Shown here: one piece after another, positions 25,656 through 36,112 of the stretch
Numbering within the stretch: the first letter of the stretch is position 1
Layout: each line of letters starts with the position of its first letter
IMG/VR virus record: IMGVR_UViG_3300034061_004620
Strand: one strand, 5' to 3'
Source: a virus
Taxonomy: Duplodnaviria; Caudoviricetes
Length of the DNA stretch: 64,000 bases
The notes under the pieces: model-generated
What the model saw: the letters and a program-made list of their open reading frames with translations, nothing else
Database searches by the model: none
Told to the model about the DNA's origin: nothing
Made by a program: the position numbers and the translations under genes

Positions 25656-28600
25656 ATGGCCGTTACAAGAATTAAGAATAATCAGATTACTGATAGTACA
25701 ATTACTTTCCAAAAAATTGCGCCAGGAACACTGGTGGGGTCAGTTTTTAACGCCAATCTTAACTTAAATTCTAATGTTACAATTACTGGAAATCTTTCGG
25801 TCAGCGGTAACACTACCACTGTTAATTCAATTGACACTACAGTTAACGATCCATTGATTGTTTTTAATAGTGGTTATGTTGGAGTACCTGCTTACGATGT
25901 AGGATTTTTAGCAGATCGAAGTTTAGGTACACTCGATAACTATGGTGGCGTAAATGCAGCCTTGGTATGGTCAGAATCTGATGGCGCATTTATCACAGTT
26001 TTAACCACCGAAACAGGAGCCACTAAAGGCTCTATTAACAGAAAATTTCAAGCAAATTTAATAACTGGAAATCTTACAGTTTCAAATGCAGCCACAATTC
26101 AGACAGCCAGAATTACCAATTTATCAGTTAGTAGTATTGCTGCTGTCAGTGGCAATCTTGTAGCAGCATCAGGCACAAATGCAACCAATTACACAACTGG
26201 TGCTATTGTAGTACCAGGCGGCGGTGGTGTAGGAATAACTGGCGACCTATGGGTGCAAGGACCAAGCACATTTGCCGGAAATATCACAGCTGGTAATATT
26301 CAACTTAGCGGCAATATTAATGTTCCTGTAGGTGGCACATTCTCTAACACTGGTGTATTCTTTGGTAATGCCGGCGGCATTGGTGCGTTATATGCAGGTA
26401 CTACCACATACACAGCGTTACCAACTACTGTGCTTCAGATGTCTGGCAATGTTGACACTTATGCACAGGTTAACTTTCAGAATATCAATAGTGGGACCAA
26501 AGCATCAACAGACTTTGTACTAACGGCAGACAACGGTAACGACACCGATGGATTTATTGATTTAGGTATAAATTCAAGCACTTATAACGATGCCAATTAC
26601 CCAGGATCATATGCAAACGACGGCTATCTAATTCATCATTCAGGATTAAGTACCGGTAATTTAGTAATCTTTTCACATACTGAAGGTTCAGCAATCAAAC
26701 TTCACGTTGGGGATTATGGCGATGCCAACACCAAGGCCACCGTTACCAATATAGGATTCAGGGTAAACACCTCTACAGCCAGTTCGTCAACCACATCAGG
26801 TGCATTGATAGTGGATGGAGGAGCAGGAATCGCTGGTGCGGTGTATGCCGGCAGTATACAAAATACACCCATAGGCACAAGCACTGCCTCAAGTGGTTAT
26901 TTTACAACATTAAATGCAACAAATGCCAGTACTGGCAACATTGTAATTTCTGGCGGATATATTAGTGCATTAACTAATGCTTACATAACTACTGGCAGAA
27001 CTGAAAACTTCAGCACAGGTAATGCACGAATCAGTGGCGGTAATATTGTAATGATTACAGGTGCTGGTGGCAACACATATGTCACGGCCGATCATGTTGA
27101 AGCATTTGATACTAATTTTGGCAATGTTAATACAGAAAATGCTTATATTGCCAATATAATGGCACTAAACGGAACCATAACAGGAATTACAAATTTTGCA
27201 ACCAGTTTTGCGAATATTGCAGGCGGGTATCTTGATAATGTTGCCATTGGTGCAAATGTAGCAGGACCTGCATCGTTTACTACAGCCAATGTTAGCAGCA
27301 CGTTTAATGTTACCAACAGTACCGAGTCTACATCATCATCAACAGGCGCAGTGCAGATTACTGGTGGTGTTGGTATAGCCAAAAACTTGTATGTTGGGGG
27401 TAACGCAGTAGTAGCAGGCAACTTGGTGGTATTAGGAACTACAGCGAGCGTTGATAGCATTGATCTGATAGTAAAAGACAGTTCAGTTAAATTACATACC
27501 TTTGCCAATGGGGCACCTTTAACTACCAATGATGGCAGAGATATTGGTGTACTTGGAAACTATTATCTTGGATCAGACAAATATTTCTTCTTTGGTCAAA
27601 AGAATAGTTCAACATACTTTGAATATTTTGCAGACGCCACTGAAGATAGTAGTAATGTTGTTAGTGGCACTTACGGTACAATTAAGTCTGGCGGGCTAAT
27701 TATATCAAATTCAACATCGTCGACTAATACTATTACAGGTGCAGTGACAGTAGCAGGCGGTGTGGGCATCACAGGCAACCTTAATGCCGGCACTATATAT
27801 GCAGGTAGTATAAATGCCACACCAATTGGTAACGCTACTCCAAGCACTGGTGTGTTTACTACTTTGGTATCGACCGGTGCTTCTACCCTTAACAGTTTAA
27901 CAGTAAACAATCAAGCTGTCATTGCGACACTTAACGGTACTGCAAATGTATATCTTGCACCACAATCAGGCGCAGCCACAGTAACAATTAACCCATTAAT
28001 TATTGGTACTATTGACAATATGTCAATTGGTGCCACTGCTGCTGCAAACGCATATGTTACCAATCAACGAGTGTCTACCAGTATCAATGCTCCTACCACC
28101 GGACCAATTTGGTTAAGTGCAGGCACAGGTACCAGCGGAATTCAAAACATTCCAATTGGTAGCGTTACTCCAAGCACTGGCGTATTTACACAAGCCAATG
28201 TACAAGGTCTATATGCAACAATATTGAATTCTACAACTGCCAATATCACAACGTTAGCAGTCACTTCTGGCCTAAGTACAGGTAATGCGGTAATTTCAGG
28301 TGGATATATTTCTGCGTTATCTAATGCTACTATCACTACAGGTAATGCAGCATCATTCTATGCAACGTCACTGAATGCTACCACCGCCAATATCACAGGT
28401 GCAGTAACATTTGGAAGTTTTACTACAGCAAATGCAGTTATCAGTGGCGGATTTATTTCAACAGTGGCCAATATAACTGTTACAGATATTATTACTGCAT
28501 CAACTGCAAATATTGGAACTTTAGTTACTACAGGCACAACAACTTCAGCCGGTAATATAGTTGGTAACAGCAGCACAACAAGTACCAGCACAACTACTGG

Positions 28601-29900
28601 TGCATTGGTATTAACCGGGTCTGGTGGCGCAGGTATTGGTGGAAATATCAATGTTGGGTTAGGTGCAACAATTAACAGTACTAAGTCTGCGTTTGACACC
28701 ACTATTAGTGGACGTAATGAAAATACTTTATTATGGGCACACTCAGACTCTGTATACGACCAGGTGGTAATTGGCGGAAATTTAACTGTAGCAAATACAA
28801 CTCAAGGCGCCAAACTGATAGTAAAAAGCAATGATTCGTTTATTGTTCCAGTAGGAACAAGCGCACAACGGCCAAGCGGTCAAGGATATACTGACGTTGA
28901 TGGTATGTTAAGATTTAATTCAACCACCGGTATACTTGAGTATTACGGCAGTGGTCAATGGAATAATACCGGATCAGCATTTACTGTTATTACAGCAAGA
29001 ACTTTTGATGTAAGTACAGGCAATCCGTATGGTAATGTAGATGGAGTCAATTCAACTTTTACTTTAGCAGCAAATGCAACAACATCTGGCACATTGGTTA
29101 CAATTAACGGTGTTGTACAAATTCCAAGCTCTGCATACTCAGTAAGCGGAGCACAGTTGGTGTTTACCGAAGCACCTGCTCTTGGTGACGTAATAGACAC
29201 AAGAGTGTTAGCCACTACTTCTGTTGTAACTCAATTAGCAAGTGACAACGGATTTAATCAATTTGTTGCTAATAATACCTGTTTAAGTTTTTATACTGGT
29301 AATGTTTCATTGGGCACTATTGAAAATTGGCGCATTGATACAAACGGTGATTTTTATCCAATTACACAATCAAACATTGGAGCACCAAGTAATCGAGTTG
29401 ATTATTTGTTCGCAAGTAATATCAATCTGAGTGGCGGCACAATCAGCGGAGTGGCACTAACTGGCGGTCCTATTGATGACACACCAATTGGTGGTAATGT
29501 TGGTAACACTGGTAACTTCACTACCTTGACTGCTAATGTATTCCAGGCTAATACAAGTGTAACTATCATTGCAGGTTTAATGACCATTGATAATACCGCT
29601 AACACATCTATCGTAGGCGGAACAACAGGTATTATTGACACATTTGATAAAACTGTACATCGTAGTGGTAAATTCTTTGTACAGGTAAGCAATGAAGGTA
29701 CTGGCGAATATCAAGCCACAGAAGTTATTTGTGTACACGATGGCACAACTCCACAAGTGGCAACTTACGGTGTCACATTCACTGGCGCAGCTAATTTGGC
29801 TACATTTAGTGCAAATATTTCAGGTAACGATGTGAACTTAAATGCCACACCAGTTGGTAATGTAAACATAAAGACATTTGCTACACTAATGAAGATATAA
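25656..29900 (+). CDS. Long tail fibre-like protein (1414 aa)
   Basis: Repeated TGALxVxGGxGI and NAVISGGY shaft motifs. G/T/N/S-rich. Confidence 0.8.
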   Translation: MAVTRIKNNQITDSTITFQKIAPGTLVGSVFNANLNLNSNVTITGNLSVSGNTTTVNSIDTTVNDPLIVFNSGYVGVPAYDVGFLADRSLGTLDNYGGVNAALVWSESDGAFITVLTTETGATKGSINRKFQANLITGNLTVSNAATIQTARITNLSVSSIAAVSGNLVAASGTNATNYTTGAIVVPGGGGVGITGDLWVQGPSTFAGNITAGNIQLSGNINVPVGGTFSNTGVFFGNAGGIGALYAGTTTYTALPTTVLQMSGNVDTYAQVNFQNINSGTKASTDFVLTADNGNDTDGFIDLGINSSTYNDANYPGSYANDGYLIHHSGLSTGNLVIFSHTEGSAIKLHVGDYGDANTKATVTNIGFRVNTSTASSSTTSGALIVDGGAGIAGAVYAGSIQNTPIGTSTASSGYFTTLNATNASTGNIVISGGYISALTNAYITTGRTENFSTGNARISGGNIVMITGAGGNTYVTADHVEAFDTNFGNVNTENAYIANIMALNGTITGITNFATSFANIAGGYLDNVAIGANVAGPASFTTANVSSTFNVTNSTESTSSSTGAVQITGGVGIAKNLYVGGNAVVAGNLVVLGTTASVDSIDLIVKDSSVKLHTFANGAPLTTNDGRDIGVLGNYYLGSDKYFFFGQKNSSTYFEYFADATEDSSNVVSGTYGTIKSGGLIISNSTSSTNTITGAVTVAGGVGITGNLNAGTIYAGSINATPIGNATPSTGVFTTLVSTGASTLNSLTVNNQAVIATLNGTANVYLAPQSGAATVTINPLIIGTIDNMSIGATAAANAYVTNQRVSTSINAPTTGPIWLSAGTGTSGIQNIPIGSVTPSTGVFTQANVQGLYATILNSTTANITTLAVTSGLSTGNAVISGGYISALSNATITTGNAASFYATSLNATTANITGAVTFGSFTTANAVISGGFISTVANITVTDIITASTANIGTLVTTGTTTSAGNIVGNSSTTSTSTTTGALVLTGSGGAGIGGNINVGLGATINSTKSAFDTTISGRNENTLLWAHSDSVYDQVVIGGNLTVANTTQGAKLIVKSNDSFIVPVGTSAQRPSGQGYTDVDGMLRFNSTTGILEYYGSGQWNNTGSAFTVITARTFDVSTGNPYGNVDGVNSTFTLAANATTSGTLVTINGVVQIPSSAYSVSGAQLVFTEAPALGDVIDTRVLATTSVVTQLASDNGFNQFVANNTCLSFYTGNVSLGTIENWRIDTNGDFYPITQSNIGAPSNRVDYLFASNINLSGGTISGVALTGGPIDDTPIGGNVGNTGNFTTLTANVFQANTSVTIIAGLMTIDNTANTSIVGGTTGIIDTFDKTVHRSGKFFVQVSNEGTGEYQATEVICVHDGTTPQVATYGVTFTGAANLATFSANISGNDVNLNATPVGNVNIKTFATLMKI

Positions 29901-29930
29901 TAAGAATAATACATAGGGGAATATGGAACC

Positions 29931-30980
29931 ATGGCTAATAAAAATTTTGTAGTACACAATGGCTTAGAAGTAGGCGGAGTAAAAATATTTGCTGCCAATA
30001 GTGATATTGTTCTAAGCGGCAATGTTACATCTACTAATTCTGCCAGTGTGACTCAAATTGCAGTAACAAAATATGTTATGCAGTTGCCTCCTGCATTAGG
30101 AGCTGGTGCGTGGTATAATTTAGGCACATTCAGTGTAAACAGCGGTGCAGGAGCAGGCGAGGCAGTAGAAATTACTGTTATTGCTGGACAAGGTTATGCT
30201 GGCGACGCACAAGTTAAAGATATAATATCTGTTCGCTTTCAAAACGGTTCAAGTCCCAATATAGAGGCAAACTATTACAGTCAAGGTTATCGTGAAGGCA
30301 TCCAAGGTGTAAAAGTTAAGAGTGTTAACGGAGTCGGAACTGGAACAAGTTGGGATGTATTTGTTTATATAGCAACAGACCTTGGAAAAGGTTTTGCCGA
30401 AGTAAAAACAACTACCGATGCCAAATTTACTTGGATTCAAACTGCAGATAGTGATCCGGGAACTGCTGCGGCTAATTTGGTCGTGGCAACAAACAAGTTT
30501 GTCACTGCAACCAGTAATGTTGTAATTACAACTGGTAATTTGTATGTAGGCGGTAACATCTATCAACAAGGTCAACAGGTATCAACCAGTGTAGGAAACG
30601 GATTGACCACAGTTGTTATTAACGGTAATGGCACAAGCGGACCATTTAACTTAGGACAAACACCAGCCAATTCCGATCAGATTCAAGTTTGGTGGAACGG
30701 TATATATCAACCCAAAAGCACATATAGTTTAGCAGGCACCAATCTAACATTTACGGAACCAATTCCGTCTGGTTCGCGGGCCGAAGTTAAAATTTTAGCT
30801 GGTACAGGTGCCCAACAGTTAGGAACCTTAGAAGATGTTAATTTTACTCCATCGCCCACAGACGGGCAGTTCTTATCATACAATGCTGCCACTGGTAAAT
30901 GGATTCCTGCAACTTCTGCAGCACAAGCAAGCGTTACAAGAACAGCTATTACCTATGCGGTTGTTTTTGGTGGGTTTTAA
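29931..30980 (+). CDS. Virion fibre/baseplate-associated protein
   Basis: MANKNFVVHNGL start, GNGTSGPF...NGIYQP module and LGTLEDV...GQFLSY...KW module. Confidence 0.7.
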   Translation: MANKNFVVHNGLEVGGVKIFAANSDIVLSGNVTSTNSASVTQIAVTKYVMQLPPALGAGAWYNLGTFSVNSGAGAGEAVEITVIAGQGYAGDAQVKDIISVRFQNGSSPNIEANYYSQGYREGIQGVKVKSVNGVGTGTSWDVFVYIATDLGKGFAEVKTTTDAKFTWIQTADSDPGTAAANLVVATNKFVTATSNVVITTGNLYVGGNIYQQGQQVSTSVGNGLTTVVINGNGTSGPFNLGQTPANSDQIQVWWNGIYQPKSTYSLAGTNLTFTEPIPSGSRAEVKILAGTGAQQLGTLEDVNFTPSPTDGQFLSYNAATGKWIPATSAAQASVTRTAITYAVVFGGF

Positions 30981-30985
30981 AATAC

Positions 30986-30993
30986 GATAAATA
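30986..30993 (+). promoter_or_regulatory. Late promoter (GATAAATA)
   Basis: NNTAAATA motif followed by a GAGGA RBS. Confidence 0.55.
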
Positions 30994-31014
30994 TGGCATA
31001 GAGGAAAATTTATA

Positions 31015-33609
31015 ATGGCAAAGAAAACTTATTCATCGGGGTACATTTTTACAACAGGTACCAGTGGCAACACACAGATTACATTACCGGATCGAGTATC
31101 TCCGGAACAGTTATTACTGATTATTCACGTACCAAGTAAAACTGTCTTATACAATTTTAATGATACCACATTTAATGCGGTAACCTTTACAAATATACAA
31201 AGAGCTCTCACAGTTGCCGGAACCACTGCAAGCGGTAACACAGCAATAAGTATGACGAGTGGGCAGTTCAATACATTAAACTATAATAGTACCGGTGTAC
31301 AGCAAGGATGGCGTGTAACCGGCACAGGTATGCCCTCAAACGGTAATACTGTTGACTATACTGATGGCACAAATATTATCTATTTGGATACACCTGCTAC
31401 TGCAACAGGTACCAATGTCAGCCTCACGTACACTGATCGAAATTATCAAACCAGAGTAGGCAATATACCAGTAGATACAAGTGCTTACAGCTCTACTGAT
31501 AAACTATTAATCATTGCAGATTCAGAACCGGCTCCTTTAGTATCATTTAGAGACTTTTTAGTTGATCCGGTTGGAAAATTACGGGTTAGTCAACCACAAA
31601 GTTTGATTGATACCGACTTTGAATACGGTCCACAGTCTACAAAATGGCAAACTATGAAGTTTATTAACAACTATTTTGCCAGTTACGGCCGTAATACTGA
31701 TGCACCCCTGAGTCAAACAGCCAACATAAGCACTATAGCCGGTAACGGTACATCTATAGTATCAATTACTACGTCTGCTTCTCACGGGCTAATAGAAGGA
31801 CAACCCATTACGGTCGTTGGTACCACTGATGAACAAGCCAACGGAGAATTTTTAGTTTCTTTAATTAATTCAACCACTTTCAGATATACCGGCACAGGAA
31901 CCGTCACTGCAGGCAGCATAAATCAAAACGGAGTTGCAATTTATCCAGGGGCGTTTTTTACCGGAGCCAATATTGGATTTGCAGCCGTAAAAACATTTGG
32001 TAACACCACAGTACAAGTTATTACAAATAGCAATCACGGATTAAAAGTCAACAACACATTGTCGGTGGTCAACTTTAGTTGGGCAAACATTACAGGCGCT
32101 CAAACTATTGCCACAGTATCAAATACCAAGGCATTTGAATATACAGTTGGCACAACTTTAGGTACTACTTCATTTGCAGCCAGTGCAGGTAATGTTTATG
32201 TTAGGCCGCAAGGGGTAGCATATGCCGCTCCGGTTGATGGCGGTATTACAATGACCACAAACGACACACAACCTAATAGTCGTATCATTAGACAAAGCCG
32301 TAAGTATTTTCGGTATCAGTCTGGTAAAGGTGTTCAAGTTTCGTTTGCTGTGGCATTTAATAATCCAGCACAGGCTGCAAGCAATATTCAAAACAGAGCT
32401 GGTGTATACGATGATCAAAACGGTGCATTCTGGGAATGGGATGGCTCTACGTTATGGGCAGTTCGTAGATCAAGTACAAGGCAGTTGTCAGGCACAATTA
32501 CTGTGACCCGAGACTCGGGGGTTTTTTCAGGCAGTGGTACAGCATTTGACACCGAACTCAAGGCCGGAGATTTCATTGTGGTAAAAGGAAACAGTTACAA
32601 AGTTGTGTCGGTAAACAGTGCAACCAGTATTGATGTGGCTCCGGCCTATCGTGCAGACACATCAATTACGTCATTGTCGGGCGTTAAAGTAAGCGTCACT
32701 ATTGATGCACGTATTCCACAGAGTGGGTTTAACATTGACAAGGCTGATGGTACAGGCCCAACTGGTTTCAATTTGGACATCAACAAGATTCTCATGTATT
32801 ACATTGATTATGCCTGGTATGGTGCGGGTACAATCCGTTACGGTGTCAAAGATCAAGACGGTGAAATTGCCTACCTACACAAGTTTGTACACGGAAATAA
32901 CAAAGTGGAAGCATACTTCCGTTCTGGTAACCTACCTGTAAGATACGAAGTGTTAAATGGAGAGACAGCACCAAGTGCACCACCTACCCTGTTCCATTGG
33001 GGTACTTCCATGATCATGGATGGTTTGTTTAACGAAGACCGCGGCTATACATTTAGTGCCACTGGACAATTAAATACTATTAACCAATTTAGTCCATATA
33101 CTATTTTGAATCTTAGATTGGCACCAACTGCGGATTCCGGCATTCCGGGCGGGTTTGGCGTAAGAGACTTGTGTAACCACATGCAAGTATGGCCGTTGAG
33201 TCTCGAAGTGGCAGCAAGTGATGCGTGTCAGATGCAAGTAATTTTAAATGGAATATTGAGTAATCCTGCACCAACCTGGATAAATGTTGGAGGTAACAGT
33301 TTGTGTCAGTACGATGATTCGGCAACATTGACCACTGGCGGTGAAATAGTATGGCAAGGAATTATACCAGCGCCAGCACCACGACAAAATGCTGTAAATT
33401 ATTCTGGTTCTCTTACTACTGGTGGAGTTAATTACAGTACCATTGTGTATGATTTATCAAAGGTAAAAGAACTTAACAACAGTTTGTTGGGTGGATTCAA
33501 CACATTCCCAGACGGCCCAGACACACTTAGTGTAGTAGTTACTCCACTTAACAATAATATTCGTGTGTTTTCAAGAGCAGTGCTACGTTGGCAGGAAAAT
33601 CAGGCCTAA
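31015..33609 (+). CDS. Large virion structural protein (beta-sandwich/lectin-like domains)
   Basis: Two TSASHGL/TNSNHGL-type modules and YFRYQSGKG...YAWYGAG segments. Beta-rich. Confidence 0.65.
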   Translation: MAKKTYSSGYIFTTGTSGNTQITLPDRVSPEQLLLIIHVPSKTVLYNFNDTTFNAVTFTNIQRALTVAGTTASGNTAISMTSGQFNTLNYNSTGVQQGWRVTGTGMPSNGNTVDYTDGTNIIYLDTPATATGTNVSLTYTDRNYQTRVGNIPVDTSAYSSTDKLLIIADSEPAPLVSFRDFLVDPVGKLRVSQPQSLIDTDFEYGPQSTKWQTMKFINNYFASYGRNTDAPLSQTANISTIAGNGTSIVSITTSASHGLIEGQPITVVGTTDEQANGEFLVSLINSTTFRYTGTGTVTAGSINQNGVAIYPGAFFTGANIGFAAVKTFGNTTVQVITNSNHGLKVNNTLSVVNFSWANITGAQTIATVSNTKAFEYTVGTTLGTTSFAASAGNVYVRPQGVAYAAPVDGGITMTTNDTQPNSRIIRQSRKYFRYQSGKGVQVSFAVAFNNPAQAASNIQNRAGVYDDQNGAFWEWDGSTLWAVRRSSTRQLSGTITVTRDSGVFSGSGTAFDTELKAGDFIVVKGNSYKVVSVNSATSIDVAPAYRADTSITSLSGVKVSVTIDARIPQSGFNIDKADGTGPTGFNLDINKILMYYIDYAWYGAGTIRYGVKDQDGEIAYLHKFVHGNNKVEAYFRSGNLPVRYEVLNGETAPSAPPTLFHWGTSMIMDGLFNEDRGYTFSATGQLNTINQFSPYTILNLRLAPTADSGIPGGFGVRDLCNHMQVWPLSLEVAASDACQMQVILNGILSNPAPTWINVGGNSLCQYDDSATLTTGGEIVWQGIIPAPAPRQNAVNYSGSLTTGGVNYSTIVYDLSKVKELNNSLLGGFNTFPDGPDTLSVVVTPLNNNIRVFSRAVLRWQENQA

Positions 33610-33630
33610 TAGAAAAAGGAAACAAGAGCT

Positions 33631-34149
33631 ATGGCATTACAAAGAATTGATACAGCGTTTGGGCCTAATCCAATTAGATTTAATGGAAACATTCAGCCAC
33701 AAGCAAACGCAAACGTATATTTAGGCAATTTAACCTTTCGTTTTGCAACCATATATGGTGTTTCTCACAATGCCTTATATGCTGACTTGGCAGAAATGTA
33801 TACTGCAGATCAGCTGTACGGTCCGGGCACTGTGGTGCAGTTTGGCGGCACTGAAGAAATTACTCAAGCACAAGCAGGCACAACCAGAGTAGCTGGAGTA
33901 GTTTCTACTAACCCTGCTTATTTGATGAACGACAGCTTGACTGGTAGTCATATAACAGCAGTGGCGCTTATTGGGCGGGTTCCGTGCCGAGTAGTAGGTC
34001 CAGTGGAAAAAGGCGATATGCTTGTGTCGGCTGGCAACGGATTTGCAAGTGCTTGCAGCACTCCAACCATTGGATCAGTTATTGGTAAAGCATTAGAGAA
34101 ATTTGATGGCGAAACAGGTACTGTGGAAGTGGTAGTTGGCCGGTTATAA
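33631..34149 (+). CDS. Fibre protein with a peptidase G2-like intramolecular chaperone domain
   Basis: YADLAEMY...RVAGVVSTNPAYLMN...VALIGRVPC..VG.V.KGD.LV...IGKALE. Confidence 0.7.
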   Translation: MALQRIDTAFGPNPIRFNGNIQPQANANVYLGNLTFRFATIYGVSHNALYADLAEMYTADQLYGPGTVVQFGGTEEITQAQAGTTRVAGVVSTNPAYLMNDSLTGSHITAVALIGRVPCRVVGPVEKGDMLVSAGNGFASACSTPTIGSVIGKALEKFDGETGTVEVVVGRL

Positions 34150-34167
34150 TTTGGGCAATTTTGTAAC

Positions 34168-34197
34168 AAGGGCTCTTAGGAGCCCTTTTATTTTTTC
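34168..34197 (+). terminator. Intrinsic terminator
   Basis: AAGGGCTC-TTAG-GAGCCCTT followed by a T-rich tail. Confidence 0.8.
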
Positions 34198-34205
34198 CAT
34201 AAATA
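34198..34205 (+). promoter_or_regulatory. Late promoter (CATAAATA)
   Basis: Lies immediately after the terminator and upstream of ATG 34226. Confidence 0.6.
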
Positions 34206-34225
34206 CAAAATATTATGGATAAAAG

Positions 34226-36103
34226 ATGGCATTAACCCGAGCACGCCTTGCACAAGTAAACACTACCGTAGCCAGCCTGCAGGATCCTATTACACTAATT
34301 AATAGGGGCGCAGACACTGCCAATGTTGATGTTGGCTTTGTTTTTAATAGAGATGCCGGCAGTAACTCAAATGTTGCCATAATTTGGGACGAAACAAATG
34401 ATCTCTTTACTACTGTTTTCACTGATAGCACAGGTGGAACAAACAGTAATATTAACGTTGTAAACTTTGCTAACCTAAAAATAAACAATCTTTTTGCTAA
34501 TATAGGTGGCGGCACCTCGCAAGCAAACATATATGTCACAGGTTCTTTATTACCAAGTGCAAATATAACTTATGATTTAGGATCTGCTACTAACCGATTT
34601 AAAACTTTGTGGTTGGCAGGTAATACTTTGGACATAGGTGGCGAAACTATTTCTGTTGGCGAAAGCGGTACCTGGAACTTTAGTAGCAACGGCACCGTGA
34701 TCAGTTTAGGGCATTCTGCCCCCTTTAACCCTGTATCGATAAACAGTACAAGCGGTACCTTTACCATACTCACGACTACTGGTACAACAGTTTTAGCTAA
34801 TACAAGCGGTAACACAGTAGTAGCATCAACTACTCAAAGTACCGGAGCCACATTGGGTGCCTTGGTTGTAAAAGGTGGTGTAGGTATAGCCAAAGATCTT
34901 TGGGTGGATGGCAATTTGATTGTAGCAGGAACATCTACTACACTCAATACTGCAACTTTGGATGTGACTGATCTCAATGTTACATTAGCCAAAGGTGCTC
35001 CAACTGCGTTTGCTGCTGATGGTGCCGGAATTACCATTGATGGCGCTGGTGCCACGTTGTTGTACAACAATGCAAATGATGCTTTTGATTTTAATAAAGT
35101 TGTACGTGGACCAGGGTTGTATCTTACAACAGCAAATGTTACCACAGGAAACATAGTCACAGCTGATGTAGTGACACTTAATGCATCAACGGGTAACATA
35201 ACTACTCTCACTGGTTCAACTGTAAATGTGCAGTCCACCACATCAACGGTGTTGAATGTAACAACTGCCAACATTGGATCAACAATCACAGCCAGTGGCA
35301 ATATTGTTGCTGCATCGGGAACAGAAAGTGTAAGCACTACTACTGGTGCAGTAGTTGTTGTTGGCGGTGTTGGTGCCAGCGGCAATGTTACTGCATCAAA
35401 ATTGTACACCGGCGGCGGATTATTTTGGTCGGCAAACGGTGTCAGTGCGCTATCAGCAGCAGGTACTACAGCAAGCACAAGCCCACCTGGCAGTGCCAAA
35501 TACGGTGACTTATGGTACAATACCGCCACCGACGTGGTATATCAATATCTAAATGATGGTGTTAGTGACTACTGGATTGATATATCATCACAGACTATTG
35601 CAGCCAATACATCAAATGTTGTTAGTGGTAATTTAAGTATCACTGGAACATATCAAGTTGGTGGCAAACAAGCTGTCAATGGTCCTGCTTTTAGAGCCTA
35701 CATAGCTACTGAACAAGCGATCACTTCGGGCAGTCAACAAAAAGTAACATTTGGTACAGAAACATTTGATACTAACAGTAACTTTAGTTCAAGCCGCTTT
35801 ACTCCTACCATAGAAGGCTATTATCAACTCAACGCCACAGTTCGTATTGAAGGTAATTCAGGCACAGGCGAGTGTATGATCACTATATGGAAAAACGGCA
35901 GTGAATATGCTCGTGGCACCAATGAACAAGGCACTGAACAAGGTGCAAACTGGTATTCAATGCAGGTATCAGACTTGGCCTATGCCAACGGCACTGGAGA
36001 CTATTTTGAGATTTATATACAACAAGGCAGTGGTGGCAATAGAAATACAACTGCTGGCACAAACATCTCGTACTTCAGTGGCGCCATGGTAAGAGGAGCA
36101 TAA
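34226..36103 (+). CDS. Tail fibre with a C-terminal C1q/TNF-like head
   Basis: C-terminus PAFRAY...KVTFGTETFDTNSNF..SRFTPTIEGYYQLNA...IWKNG...FSGAMV. Confidence 0.75.
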   Translation: MALTRARLAQVNTTVASLQDPITLINRGADTANVDVGFVFNRDAGSNSNVAIIWDETNDLFTTVFTDSTGGTNSNINVVNFANLKINNLFANIGGGTSQANIYVTGSLLPSANITYDLGSATNRFKTLWLAGNTLDIGGETISVGESGTWNFSSNGTVISLGHSAPFNPVSINSTSGTFTILTTTGTTVLANTSGNTVVASTTQSTGATLGALVVKGGVGIAKDLWVDGNLIVAGTSTTLNTATLDVTDLNVTLAKGAPTAFAADGAGITIDGAGATLLYNNANDAFDFNKVVRGPGLYLTTANVTTGNIVTADVVTLNASTGNITTLTGSTVNVQSTTSTVLNVTTANIGSTITASGNIVAASGTESVSTTTGAVVVVGGVGASGNVTASKLYTGGGLFWSANGVSALSAAGTTASTSPPGSAKYGDLWYNTATDVVYQYLNDGVSDYWIDISSQTIAANTSNVVSGNLSITGTYQVGGKQAVNGPAFRAYIATEQAITSGSQQKVTFGTETFDTNSNFSSSRFTPTIEGYYQLNATVRIEGNSGTGECMITIWKNGSEYARGTNEQGTEQGANWYSMQVSDLAYANGTGDYFEIYIQQGSGGNRNTTAGTNISYFSGAMVRGA

Positions 36104-36112
36104 GGATAAACA

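Noticed and set aside
24320-29692. Many Val-rich antisense ORFs in the fibre genes
   Set aside because: Shadow frames of Thr/Asn-rich sense genes.
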